From an uncultured delta proteobacterium (GTDB lineage: Bacteria > Desulfobacterota > Binatia > JACPRU01): a stretch of DNA of 13,443 bases. The stretch is from positions 1-13,443 of the forward strand of contig CAVUWD010000003.1 of the NCBI GenBank assembly GCA_963745025.1, read 5' to 3'. The position numbers and the translations under genes are program-made. Numbering within the stretch: position 1 is the stretch's first letter; the number at the start of each line of letters is the position of its first letter. This document shows, piece after piece, positions 1-7,951 of the stretch. The notes under the pieces are model-generated. The model was given only the letters and a program-made list of their open reading frames with translations. It did no database searches and had not been told where the DNA came from.

Positions 1-200
1 CGTAGAAACGGGGCGTCTCGTGTTTGGGCAGCGTCGGATATTGAGGCTTTACGTTAGTCGGCCGCTTATCCCAGCTATCCTCTCCTGCCTGTTTCCTCAA
101 CTACCGCGAAGCGCGGATCTCGATTTCTCCTTCTCGATATCTCCTTCTCCTTGCGCCAAAGCACCCGAAGGGATTATCGCGTCCACTGCGGCGCAGGGCT
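1..200 (+). repeat. Copy A of a degenerate direct-repeat non-coding element with a dif-like core (possibly cut by the window edge)
   Basis: Blocks in order: CGTAGAAACGGGGCG (1-15), GCGTCGGATAT (31-41), TTACGTTAGT (49-58), TCGGCCGCTTAT (58-69), TTGCGCCAAAGCACCCGAAGGGATTATCGC (151-180). The same blocks recur in the same order at 1133-1215/1815-1844 and, for the upstream blocks, 9410-9485. Confidence 0.7.
118..145 (+). repeat. 14-bp tandem duplication (2 copies, 1 mismatch)
   Basis: TCTCGATTTCTCCT (118-131) followed by TCTCGATATCTCCT (132-145). Confidence 0.85.
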
Positions 201-211
201 GGAGCGTGACG

Positions 212-1087
212 TCAGATGGCCTTGTAGCTCACAGGGGGGCCGTCGGCGCGACCCAGCGAGAACTCCCCTTCACCTACGAGGAGAAGCTCGTCACGATGGA
301 GGCGATGATCTCGCCCGTGACGCGGCCGAATGTAGGTTCCATTCGTGCTTCGATCCACGAGGTAATAGCCGCCGGTTCGTTGGATCACCTCGGCGTGGAT
401 GCGTGAGACGGCGCGGTCTTCGACGACGAGATCATTGTCGCGTTCACGGCCCATGGACAGTCGTTCCTTTGTCTGGGATAAAATGATCGTTCGGTTCCGG
501 AACACGAGCTCGACCGACGTCTCTTCACGGTGTTCTCGAGCCGGAACGAGGTCCGTCATATTGTCCTCGTCCTTCCACAGGATCTCCCAAACGTCGACCT
601 TTCGACGCTTTCCCGAGAGCTTGAAGGCTCCGACTCGACGGCTAATCGGCAGACCCTCGCTCGCTAGTTGCCGGACCAACTCTTCGGTGACATAAATTTG
701 ATTGGGGCCCGCGAGTTCTTCGACTCTGGCGGCGACGTTCACTGCGTCGCCGAACACGGTTCCCGAATCGTCGAACACGATTCCACCCACGTGTCCACCG
801 CAATGGATGCGAAGCCGTTCTCGGGACTCCGCCGCTTCGCCGATGATACCGATCGCAACCTGCGCGCCGGTCGCGGCGTTCACCAGCGCGAACGGATCAG
901 CAAACACGGCGAGCACGGCATCGCCGATCAGGTTCACGACTTTACCGCCGTGCAGCTCGACGGCCTCGTGAACGATCGCAAAGAATCGCTTGACCATGTC
1001 GCGGCCGGCAAGCTCGCCGTGGTGATCGAAGTACGCGGTGCTGCCGCATACGTCGACGAACAAGACCGCCGCGCGCTGCACGTCCAT
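212..1087 (-). CDS. Class III adenylate/guanylate cyclase domain + C-terminal FHA domain protein (about 291 aa)
   Basis: Cyclase motifs LFVDVCGST, IGDAVLAVF and FGDAVNVAARVE; FHA motifs GR...VSRIHA...DRSTNGTY. Start placed at ATG 1087 (MDVQRAAVLF), just before the domain; an alternative in-frame ATG lies at 1201. The ORF extension to 1597 is antisense to the GNAT gene. Confidence 0.9.
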   Translation of the reverse strand: MDVQRAAVLFVDVCGSTAYFDHHGELAGRDMVKRFFAIVHEAVELHGGKVVNLIGDAVLAVFADPFALVNAATGAQVAIGIIGEAAESRERLRIHCGGHVGGIVFDDSGTVFGDAVNVAARVEELAGPNQIYVTEELVRQLASEGLPISRRVGAFKLSGKRRKVDVWEILWKDEDNMTDLVPAREHREETSVELVFRNRTIILSQTKERLSMGRERDNDLVVEDRAVSRIHAEVIQRTGGYYLVDRSTNGTYIRPRHGRDHRLHRDELLLVGEGEFSLGRADGPPVSYKAI

Positions 1088-1130
1088 GTTGCGGCTGGAG
1101 CCTAACCCGCTCGCATACCCCAGGCAATGC

Positions 1131-1215
1131 GCCGTAAAAACGGGCGTTCCTTGGGAGGGGTGGGAGGGTGCTGAGGGTCCGATATCGAAGGTTATGTACA
1201 TTTCGCCCTGCTTAT
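1131..1215 (+). repeat. Copy B (left part) of the repeated element, in the divergent cyclase/GNAT intergenic region
   Basis: CCGTAAAAACGGGCG ... GGGTCCGATAT CGAAGG TTATGTACATT TCGCCCTGCTTAT, collinear with copies A and C. Confidence 0.7.
1175..1202 (+). other. Putative dif-like XerC/XerD recombination site (11-6-11)
   Basis: GGGTCCGATAT-CGAAGG-TTATGTACATT. The right arm matches the E. coli XerD arm TTATGTTAAAT at 8/11, the left arm matches the XerC arm GGTGCGCATAA at 6/11, and the central region is exactly 6 bp. Confidence 0.6.
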
Positions 1216-1762
1216 GGCGGCGATCCTCAACCGGGACGCAAACGTGCTGCTCAAGAGTCTCGAGACGGAACGGCTGCTCATTCGTGCGCTTCATGCGGAG
1301 GACCTGCCCGGCTTCCATTCGGTATGGGGTGACCCGGAGGTCATCTGGTGGGGCGCGGACGCCGATCGGGCCGCGACGAAAGCTCGGCTGAGGCGATTGA
1401 TCGTGCTCGGCGAGACCCTGCCGGTTCCGCAGGGGTGGGCGGCGGTGATCGAGAAGGCCAGCGGCGCGATGGTGGGGGACGTGGCGCTCCAGCCGGCGCC
1501 GTTTTGTCCCGGTGAGGTGGAGCTCGGCTACCACTTCGCCCGTCACGGACAGCATCGCGGCTTTGCCACCGAGGCGGCGCGCGCGCTGGTGGAGCATGCC
1601 TTTGCGGTGTCCTCGCTCCGGCGACTAGTCGCGGCCATCGCCCTCGGCAATGCCTCCTCGCTCAAGGTGGCAGCGCGGCTCGGCATGCGGAAGGTCGACG
1701 AGGTGATGCACGCCGGCCTCCGGCACGATCTGTTCGAGGTCGATAGGCAGAGCCGGTTCTGA
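1214..1762 (+). CDS. GNAT N-acetyltransferase, RimJ/RimL-like (Acetyltransf_3)
   Basis: LETERLLIR N-terminal motif, ELGYHF, acetyl-CoA loop GQHRGFATEAA, N-x-SSLKVAARLGM. The start could instead be GTG at 1244. Confidence 0.92.
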   Translation: MAAILNRDANVLLKSLETERLLIRALHAEDLPGFHSVWGDPEVIWWGADADRAATKARLRRLIVLGETLPVPQGWAAVIEKASGAMVGDVALQPAPFCPGEVELGYHFARHGQHRGFATEAARALVEHAFAVSSLRRLVAAIALGNASSLKVAARLGMRKVDEVMHAGLRHDLFEVDRQSRF

Positions 1763-1814
1763 CTAACCCGCCCCCGCTTCTCCCTGAGTGGCCTTCGGGG
1801 AAGCCGTCTCGCGC

Positions 1815-1846
1815 TTGCGCGAAACTACCCGCAGGGACTATCGCCT
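1815..1846 (+). promoter_or_regulatory. Conserved 32-bp block (distal part of the repeated element), possible promoter of the downstream gene
   Basis: TTGCGCGAAACTACCCGCAGGGACTATCGCCT is 26/32 identical to 151-182. It begins with a -35-like TTGCGC and ends 21 nt before ATG 1868. The -10 match is weak. Confidence 0.5.
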
Positions 1847-1867
1847 GCTGAGGCAAGCTGTCCTTCG

Positions 1868-4800
1868 ATGCGATGCTCATCCTGCGGTAGCGAGAATCGG
1901 GAGGGCCGGAAATTCTGCGCCGGGTGCGGAGCGGCCCTGACTCTCGCCTGCGCCGCGTGCGGCGCTAGCAATCAGCCGGGAGAACGATTCTGCGGCGAAT
2001 GCGGCAAGCCGCTAGCCGCAGCTGCGAAGGAATCGACGCAGCCCGATCCGCGCTCATACACCCCAAAGCACCTCGTCGAGAAGATCCTCACCTCCCGCAG
2101 TGCCCTCGAGGGCGAGCGGAAGCAGGTGACGGTGCTGTTCGCCGACGTTAAGGGGTCGATGGATCTCTCGGAGTCGATCGACCCCGAAGACTGGCACCGG
2201 ATCATGGAGCGCTTCTTCACGATCCTCGCCGACGGCGTGCACCGCTTCGAAGGGACCGTGAATCAGTACATGGGCGATGGGATCATGGCGCTCTTCGGCG
2301 CACCGATCGCTCACGAGGACCATGCGGCGCGCGCCTGCTACGCGGCGCTGGCGTTACAGGACGATCTGCGTCGCTACGCGAACGAGCTTCGTCTCGCGAA
2401 GGGAATCAGCTTCTCGGTGCGAATGGGGATGAATTCCGGGGAAGTGGTCGTCGGCAAGATCGGCGATGACCTTCGAACGGACTACACGGCTCTGGGTCAC
2501 ACGGCGAGCCTCGGGGCACGAATGGAGCAGATCGCCGAACCGGGAAAGTGTTACCTGACGGAGCACACGGCGAAGCTCGTCGAGGGATTGGTTGCGCTCA
2601 AAAGCCTGGCGCGGCTCGAAATCAAAGGCGTGACAGAACCGCTCGGCGTCCACGAGCTACAGGGAATAGGATCGCTGCGAACGAAACTCGAGGTCGCGCG
2701 GTCGCGCGGTTTCTCACCCTTCGTCGGTCGGGATCGGGAGATGGCGGCTCTCGAAGCGGCGCTTACACGGGCGCTCGATGGGAATGCGCAGGTGGTCGGC
2801 ATCGTCGGCGAGCCAGGGGTCGGCAAGAGCCGACTCTGCTCCGAGTTCCTCGAACGTTGCCGGGAGCGGGGCCTCGCGATCTTCCAGGCGCACGGCGTTT
2901 CTCACGGGAAGGCGATCCCCCTGCTACCGATACTGGAGCTCTTCCGGAACTTTTTCGCCATCACGGACCAGGACTCCGATGAGACCGCGCGTGAAAAGAT
3001 CGCCGGAAGGTTTCTCCTTCTCGACGAGAGCCTGCGCGAGGTTCTCCCTCTGGTCTTCGATCTGCTCGGCGTTGCCGATCCAGAGCGTCCCGCGCCGCCG
3101 ATGGACCCGGCGAGTCGTCAGCGCCAGCTCCACACCGTGGTGAAGCGCGTCGCGCAGATGTTCGGTCGGCGCCAGCCGGCGGTGGTGTTTCTAGAGGATC
3201 TGCACTGGTTCGACGGCGCGAGCGAGGGGTTTCTCGAGCCGATCATCGAAGCTCTGCCCGGTACGCAAGGGCTCGTGCTGGTGAACTTCCGCCCCGGGTA
3301 TCACGCCGCGTGGATGCAGAAGTCCTATTACCAGCAGTTGCCACTGCTGCCGCTCGGGCCGGGAGCGACCGCGGAGTTGCTGCGGGATCTTCTCGGCACG
3401 GACCCTTCGCTGGCCACACTTGCTGGCCCCATCGAAGAGCGGACGGGCGGGAACCCCTTCTTCATCGAAGAGGTGGTGCAGGCGCTCGCCGAGACGGGGA
3501 GCCTGGAGGGCGTAAAGGGGGCGTACCGGCTGGTGCGGCCCGCAGCCGAGCTACGGCTGCCAGCCACGGTGCAGGCCGTGCTCGCCGCTCGCATCGATCG
3601 TCTCGTGGAGCGGGAGAAGGGGGTGCTACAGACGGCGGCCGTGATCGGCAGGGAGTTCGCAGAGCCGATCTTGCGCCGCGTCGTGGAGCTCCCCGAGACG
3701 GAACTAGCCGCCGCGCTCCAGAAGCTCACCGCGGCGGAGTTCATCTACGAGGAGGCTCTCGGTCGGGAGCCGGAGTACAAGTTCAAGCATCCACTAACGC
3801 AGGAGGTGGCGTACCGCTCGCAGCTCGGCGAGAGACGCGAGCGTGTCCACGCCGAAGTGGCGCGGTCGATCGCGGATCTGTATCGCGACAGGCTCGACGA
3901 GAAAGCCGCGCTCCTGGCGCAACACTGGGAAGCGAGCGGCGACGCGCTGGAGGCTGCCCGCTGGCACGATCGGGCCGCACGATGGGCGGCCACAAGCCAC
4001 GTCATGGAAGCGGTTCAGCACTGGCGGAAGGTGCGCGAGCTCGTGCAAAGGGCCGCGGACTCCTTCGACGCGGCCGATCTGGACCTTCGCGCTTGCCTGA
4101 GCCTCCTTGATGCCGCATATGCCGTCGGGCTTACCGAGGAGGAAGAGAGGGTTCTCTATTCCGCCGGGAAGGACCTAGCCATTCGGAAGGGCGATCTTCG
4201 AACCCTCGCGCTCTTGAGCTCCGCCTACGGGGAGTTCTTGGCGGGTTACGGCTTGGCAGAGGAGTCGCTTCGCTATGGGGAGGAAGCTCTCGCGCTTGCC
4301 GAGCGCCTCGATGACCGCTGGCTCAAGTTGAGGACCCGCTTAGGCTTGATTCGCGCGAGTGCCTTCGCCGGACGTTTCCAGAGGGGGCTCAGCCTCGCCG
4401 AGGAGGGTCTCGAGCTCTCGGAAGTAGAACTCGCGCGGACACCACCTCCGGACGACACCCTGCGGTACGGTTACTTCCGCGCCATGCTGTGTTTCTACAA
4501 GGGTACGTTTCTCTGTTTTTTGGGGCGGCCCAAGGAAGCGGAGGGATGGTTCAACCGCGCCATTGCGCTCGCCCGAGAAAACGGCGATCTCGCTTCGCTT
4601 GCGGGTTTCCACTCGGATGCAGCCTTGGTGCTTTACGATGCGCTCGGCGATGTCGGCGCAATGCTCACACATGCCCGGGAGGCCGTGCAGGCTGCGGAGA
4701 GAGTCGAGGCGCCAGCCTTGATCGCGAACGCCTACAGGAGTCTCGGACACGCGTCGCTGCTCTCCGGAGCATATGGAGACGCATTGGCGGCGTTCGAGAG

Positions 4801-5251
4801 GGCAATGGCCGTCAAGGAAGGCTTTGAGTGGAAGCCCTTCATTCTCGCCGGCCTCGCCTACACGCATCTCGGTCTCGGAGACGGAGAGACGGCGCTGAAG
4901 ATGGCTCGCGAGGCGGTGAACGTGACCCGGGGATTGCAGGGCAAGGTCACCGAATTTGTCGCCCAACTTTGCGTCGCCCAAGTTCTCCTTTGGACACGCG
5001 GCGTCGTAGCTAGAGAGGAGATCGAGTCGGCTCTACAAGCGGCGGCAAAAACGGCGGCGGAAATGGGCAGCAAGGTCCTCGAGGCCGAGGTGCTCATTGC
5101 GCAGGCGCGCCTGGCCCGCCTGTTGGGTGACCAAGGCCGCTACCGCCGCGAGCTCTCCGAAGCGCACCGGCTCCTCACCGAAATGGGTGCAACGCGACGC
5201 GCAGCGCGGCTGGAGCGAAAACTGGGTCTGTCCTCGGACAAACAATGGTGA
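1868..5251 (+). CDS. Double zinc ribbon + class III adenylate/guanylate cyclase + STAND-type (AAA_16) ATPase + TPR-like protein (1127 aa)
   Basis: Four CxxC (CSSC, CAGC, CAAC, CGEC); cyclase motifs [33 protein letters not shown]; Walker A GEPGVGKS; Walker B VFLEDLHW; GGNPFFIEE; FKHPL; Ala/Leu-rich helical repeats at the C-terminus. Confidence 0.95.
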   Translation: MRCSSCGSENREGRKFCAGCGAALTLACAACGASNQPGERFCGECGKPLAAAAKESTQPDPRSYTPKHLVEKILTSRSALEGERKQVTVLFADVKGSMDLSESIDPEDWHRIMERFFTILADGVHRFEGTVNQYMGDGIMALFGAPIAHEDHAARACYAALALQDDLRRYANELRLAKGISFSVRMGMNSGEVVVGKIGDDLRTDYTALGHTASLGARMEQIAEPGKCYLTEHTAKLVEGLVALKSLARLEIKGVTEPLGVHELQGIGSLRTKLEVARSRGFSPFVGRDREMAALEAALTRALDGNAQVVGIVGEPGVGKSRLCSEFLERCRERGLAIFQAHGVSHGKAIPLLPILELFRNFFAITDQDSDETAREKIAGRFLLLDESLREVLPLVFDLLGVADPERPAPPMDPASRQRQLHTVVKRVAQMFGRRQPAVVFLEDLHWFDGASEGFLEPIIEALPGTQGLVLVNFRPGYHAAWMQKSYYQQLPLLPLGPGATAELLRDLLGTDPSLATLAGPIEERTGGNPFFIEEVVQALAETGSLEGVKGAYRLVRPAAELRLPATVQAVLAARIDRLVEREKGVLQTAAVIGREFAEPILRRVVELPETELAAALQKLTAAEFIYEEALGREPEYKFKHPLTQEVAYRSQLGERRERVHAEVARSIADLYRDRLDEKAALLAQHWEASGDALEAARWHDRAARWAATSHVMEAVQHWRKVRELVQRAADSFDAADLDLRACLSLLDAAYAVGLTEEEERVLYSAGKDLAIRKGDLRTLALLSSAYGEFLAGYGLAEESLRYGEEALALAERLDDRWLKLRTRLGLIRASAFAGRFQRGLSLAEEGLELSEVELARTPPPDDTLRYGYFRAMLCFYKGTFLCFLGRPKEAEGWFNRAIALARENGDLASLAGFHSDAALVLYDALGDVGAMLTHAREAVQAAERVEAPALIANAYRSLGHASLLSGAYGDALAAFERAMAVKEGFEWKPFILAGLAYTHLGLGDGETALKMAREAVNVTRGLQGKVTEFVAQLCVAQVLLWTRGVVAREEIESALQAAAKTAAEMGSKVLEAEVLIAQARLARLLGDQGRYRRELSEAHRLLTEMGATRRAARLERKLGLSSDKQW

Positions 5252-5277
5252 GCAAGACCCTGGTGCGCCGGCGTGCC

Positions 5278-5382
5278 GAGGGCCTGATCGCGGCCACGAA
5301 CCAGCCCGACGTGCTCGATCCGGCGCTGCTTGGCCTGGCGCGGTTCGATCGCTGGGTGAACGTGCCGCGGCCGGACGTCAAC
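5278..5382 (+). pseudogene. Isolated fragment of an FtsH/CDC48-type AAA ATPase (second region of homology)
   Basis: [35 protein letters not shown] versus the FtsH consensus [31 protein letters not shown]; no Walker motifs or protease domain nearby. Confidence 0.85.
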
Positions 5383-5459
5383 GAGAGCGTCCTCCCGGCG
5401 CGACCGATCATCCCCCAAATTCCGGCGGGAAGGTGTCGCTTTCCGGCGTCAGTCCGGCA

Positions 5460-6392
5460 TCAAGGGAGAGTCAGGTCACACGCGCCGACGTGGGCCAGCG
5501 GCACCTGCGCGTGCTGACGTGCGCAGTCGCTGGGATAGGTGACGCCGTCGCAGCCGCATACCGGCGCATAAACCTGCGGACAGGCGTCGGGCGGCGTCCG
5601 GCACGTGCCGCTGGCGGCCTGATCGCAGGACGCGAGGTCGCAGAACTGGCCGGTCGGGCACGACAGGGCGGTGGCGTTGCCGCAGGCCTGTCCTTCGGGC
5701 GGCGCGACCCGCGCGAGCAGCAGGTAGAACTCGCTCGCCACCATCTCGAACCACTGGCCTGTCTCGTCGACGCTGGCCAGCGGCCCCGTGGCGAGCACGC
5801 CTGGCGGCGCGCCCAGGGCCTCGTTCGCGGCGGCGACTTGTTCCGGGGTGGCCCCGGAAGCCGCGAAGTCGACGCCGGTGATGAGCCGCACGCCGTCGAA
5901 GTTGAGCTTGCGCGCGTTGATCCACGCGCACGGAACGGTGACGCATTCCATGCCGTTGTCGACCAGCCCCCGGAAGATGCCGCGTGGCTTGGAGCGCGCC
6001 TGGCCGAGCCAGGCTTCGTCGACGGCGAGCACGTCGCCCTGAGTCACCGTCGCCCGCGGCCGCAGAACCCCGTGCGCCAGCGCCTCGCTCTGGCCGAAGG
6101 CGAGATGGAAGCGCGCACGATCCTCGTCGCCCCAGGCCAGTGCCGACTCGTCGATCACGCCGGCGTGGCAGTCCGCCTGCCAGCTGCCATCGGCGCAGCG
6201 CGTGCTCGGCTTGTTCACTTCCTTGACGAAGTAACCTCCGCACACCGGCGCCGGGCATTCACGCGGGTCGGGTCGGGTGACGATGTAGTAGCGGCCGGGC
6301 GGCAGCGGCGTCGGACAGCTTGCGTCGCGCGCCGGTGCCGCGCTGCCCGCGACGAGAACCAGGAGGCAACCGAACCAGCATGACTTGCGCAT
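5460..6392 (-). CDS. Secreted Cys-rich protein with a C-terminal Kazal-type domain (N-terminal part resembles DUF6748), 310 aa
   Basis: RBS GAGGTG 6 nt before ATG 6392; signal-peptide-like [21 protein letters not shown]; motifs [13 protein letters not shown] and [11 protein letters not shown]; Kazal motif [20 protein letters not shown]. Confidence 0.85.
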   Translation of the reverse strand: MRKSCWFGCLLVLVAGSAAPARDASCPTPLPPGRYYIVTRPDPRECPAPVCGGYFVKEVNKPSTRCADGSWQADCHAGVIDESALAWGDEDRARFHLAFGQSEALAHGVLRPRATVTQGDVLAVDEAWLGQARSKPRGIFRGLVDNGMECVTVPCAWINARKLNFDGVRLITGVDFAASGATPEQVAAANEALGAPPGVLATGPLASVDETGQWFEMVASEFYLLLARVAPPEGQACGNATALSCPTGQFCDLASCDQAASGTCRTPPDACPQVYAPVCGCDGVTYPSDCARQHAQVPLAHVGACDLTLP

Positions 6393-6563
6393 GACACTCA
6401 CCTCGCACGACGAACGCTCGTGCCGTGGCGCCTGTGCCACGACGGCGTCTCCATCATAGCGCTGCGCGGCTCCGGCAACGACTCTAAAGGTGAATCTTCG
6501 GAAGTCGCTCCGGTTCAAGGCCAATATCGCGACAACCACCGACCCGCTTCTGCTCTCAGAACG

Positions 6564-6629
6564 AGCATCGCCCGGCTCCAGCGGCTCTTCCCCTTCCCGA
6601 GCTTCGCCGACGCACTGGTCTTCACCAAC
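6564..6629 (+). pseudogene. About 22-codon fragment resembling pterin-4-alpha-carbinolamine dehydratase
   Basis: SIARLQRLFPFPSFADALVFTN resembles the PCD motif (R)LxRxFxFxxFxxALxFxN; the downstream HHP motif is absent. Confidence 0.6.
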
Positions 6630-6630
6630 C

Positions 6631-6738
6631 CTGCAGGTGGTGAGCCTGCTGGCCATGGAGGCGCCGACCACGACGTATCACGAGTCGATCCGGGACGAGC
6701 AGGTGAAGGTCTTCCGGACGATCCGCCCGCTCAGCCCG
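6631..6738 (+). pseudogene. zwf: 36-codon internal fragment of glucose-6-phosphate 1-dehydrogenase
   Basis: LQVVSLLAMEAPTTTYHESIRDEQVKVFRTIRPLSP matches the G6PD signature (H)LLQxxxLxAMExP...IRDEKVKVLRxIRP; the flanks show no G6PD similarity. Confidence 0.8.
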
Positions 6739-6744
6739 CACCCC

Positions 6745-7332
6745 CTACCAACTCTGGTAGAGATGCCACCACGCTCCATACAAATGCTCGAACGAATCCT
6801 CCCCGCGATGCACCGGCTCACCCGCGGGCGAATAGACGAGCCCGCACGTATCCACCAACCCGCACTCGCTCGTGATGAACCGCAGCTCGGAATCGACGCG
6901 CTGGAACTCGCGCACCCAAAAGAGCCCGACCCGCTGCGTCCTCTCCCGCAGATCGTCTGGCGCTACCGCCGCGAGGTCCGCCGCGGCGCTCACCAAGGCT
7001 CGTTCGCTGAGCCACACCCGCGCGCGCAGCAGCACCGACGTATTCCCAACCACGATGGCCATCACCACCGTGCCCGGAATGGCTGCCCAAGCCGCCGCGC
7101 GAGCGAACAGGATCCCCGGATTCCTCCGCCCCACCACCGTCGCCACGACGAGCCGCAGTAGCCACCACCCGAGCAGCGCCATCCCCGCCGCCGCGAGCAC
7201 CATCCACCGCGGAAACGGCACTCCGGCATCACTGTGCGCGCCGGCCACCACGACGAGCCAAGCGACCGCCAGGACGGCCACGACGCGCGGCGGCTCGTCG
7301 AGGCGGCCGCGCAGGGGACGCCTAGCGTCCAC
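6745..7332 (-). CDS. Hypothetical membrane protein (about 3 TM helices + C-terminal soluble domain), 195 aa
   Basis: Hydrophobic segments (VVAVLAVAWLVVVAG, WMVLAAAGMALLGWWLL, AAWAAIPGTVVMAIVVG); C-terminal GLVYSPAGEP...HLYGAWW. The GTG start overlaps the end of the upstream gene, suggesting translational coupling. Confidence 0.7.
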   Translation of the reverse strand: MDARRPLRGRLDEPPRVVAVLAVAWLVVVAGAHSDAGVPFPRWMVLAAAGMALLGWWLLRLVVATVVGRRNPGILFARAAAWAAIPGTVVMAIVVGNTSVLLRARVWLSERALVSAAADLAAVAPDDLRERTQRVGLFWVREFQRVDSELRFITSECGLVDTCGLVYSPAGEPVHRGEDSFEHLYGAWWHLYQSW

Positions 7333-7939
7333 GCCCCGCCGTCGGCTTGCGCGGCAAGCGATAACAGCGGCTCGCGCAACTGGGCCCGACCTCCGCCGTC
7401 GCGCACGAGGCCTTCGCCTGTTGGAAGACGAGATCGCCGAAGGCCCCGGCCTCGCGAAATACGATCCGCTCGCGCTCGACGTCGAAAATGAGGTCGAGGA
7501 ATTGCACGCGGCCGAGCGCCAGCCGGAAGTAGACGAGCTTACCGCTCACCCAGTGATCATCGAGCACGTTGAACACGTCGTCGGCGACGAGCCGCACGAG
7601 ATAGGGGCGCTCGGCGAACACCAGCAGCTCCGCACGCGTCGCCCCGCTCGCCGCGCCGCTCGGCATCGAGTCGAGATGGTATGCGTAGGCCCCGTTGGGC
7701 GAGACCACCGTCGGCTCGGGCAGTGCCTGCGACACATGGTCGATCCGCATTCGCTCCTCGGCCTGCTTCACGCCGCCGGTCGCGTTCTCGCTCTCGGGGT
7801 AGTAGTCGCGGGGAGCTTCCCAGCATTCCGGCGGCGGAGCCGGCACGTTCTCGCCACCCGCGACCCTGGGGAGCATCCACAACAGGCAGAGGACCAGCGC
7901 GCGGCGAAGCTCCGGTCGGCCTTTCCGGCCCCATCCCAT
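7322..7939 (-). CDS. Hypothetical exported protein, 205 aa
   Basis: Signal-peptide-like RRALVLCLLWMLPRVAG; beta-rich segments (VSPNGAYAY, WVSGKLVYFRL, LDLIFDVE); probable two-gene operon with 6745-7332. Confidence 0.7.
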   Translation of the reverse strand: MGWGRKGRPELRRALVLCLLWMLPRVAGGENVPAPPPECWEAPRDYYPESENATGGVKQAEERMRIDHVSQALPEPTVVSPNGAYAYHLDSMPSGAASGATRAELLVFAERPYLVRLVADDVFNVLDDHWVSGKLVYFRLALGRVQFLDLIFDVERERIVFREAGAFGDLVFQQAKASCATAEVGPSCASRCYRLPRKPTAGRGR

Positions 7940-7945
7940 GACAGC

Positions 7946-7951
7946 AGTCTA
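7946..7951 (-). promoter_or_regulatory. Putative -10 box (TAGACT) for leaderless transcription of 7322-7939
   Basis: TANNNT hexamer ending 6 nt upstream of ATG 7939, with no Shine-Dalgarno; overlaps the imperfect palindrome GTCTAATCGATTAAAC. Confidence 0.45.

Noticed and set aside
1088-1597. 170-aa N-terminal extension of the 461-aa minus-strand ORF
   Set aside because: Antisense shadow of the well-supported GNAT gene plus intergenic DNA; no recognisable motifs.
1100-1771. CTAACCCGC at 1102-1110 and 1763-1771 as integron attC R'' boxes
   Set aside because: No matching GTTRRRY end or long imperfect palindrome follows either copy, and no integrase is visible. The 9-bp match may instead be a piece of the repeated element.
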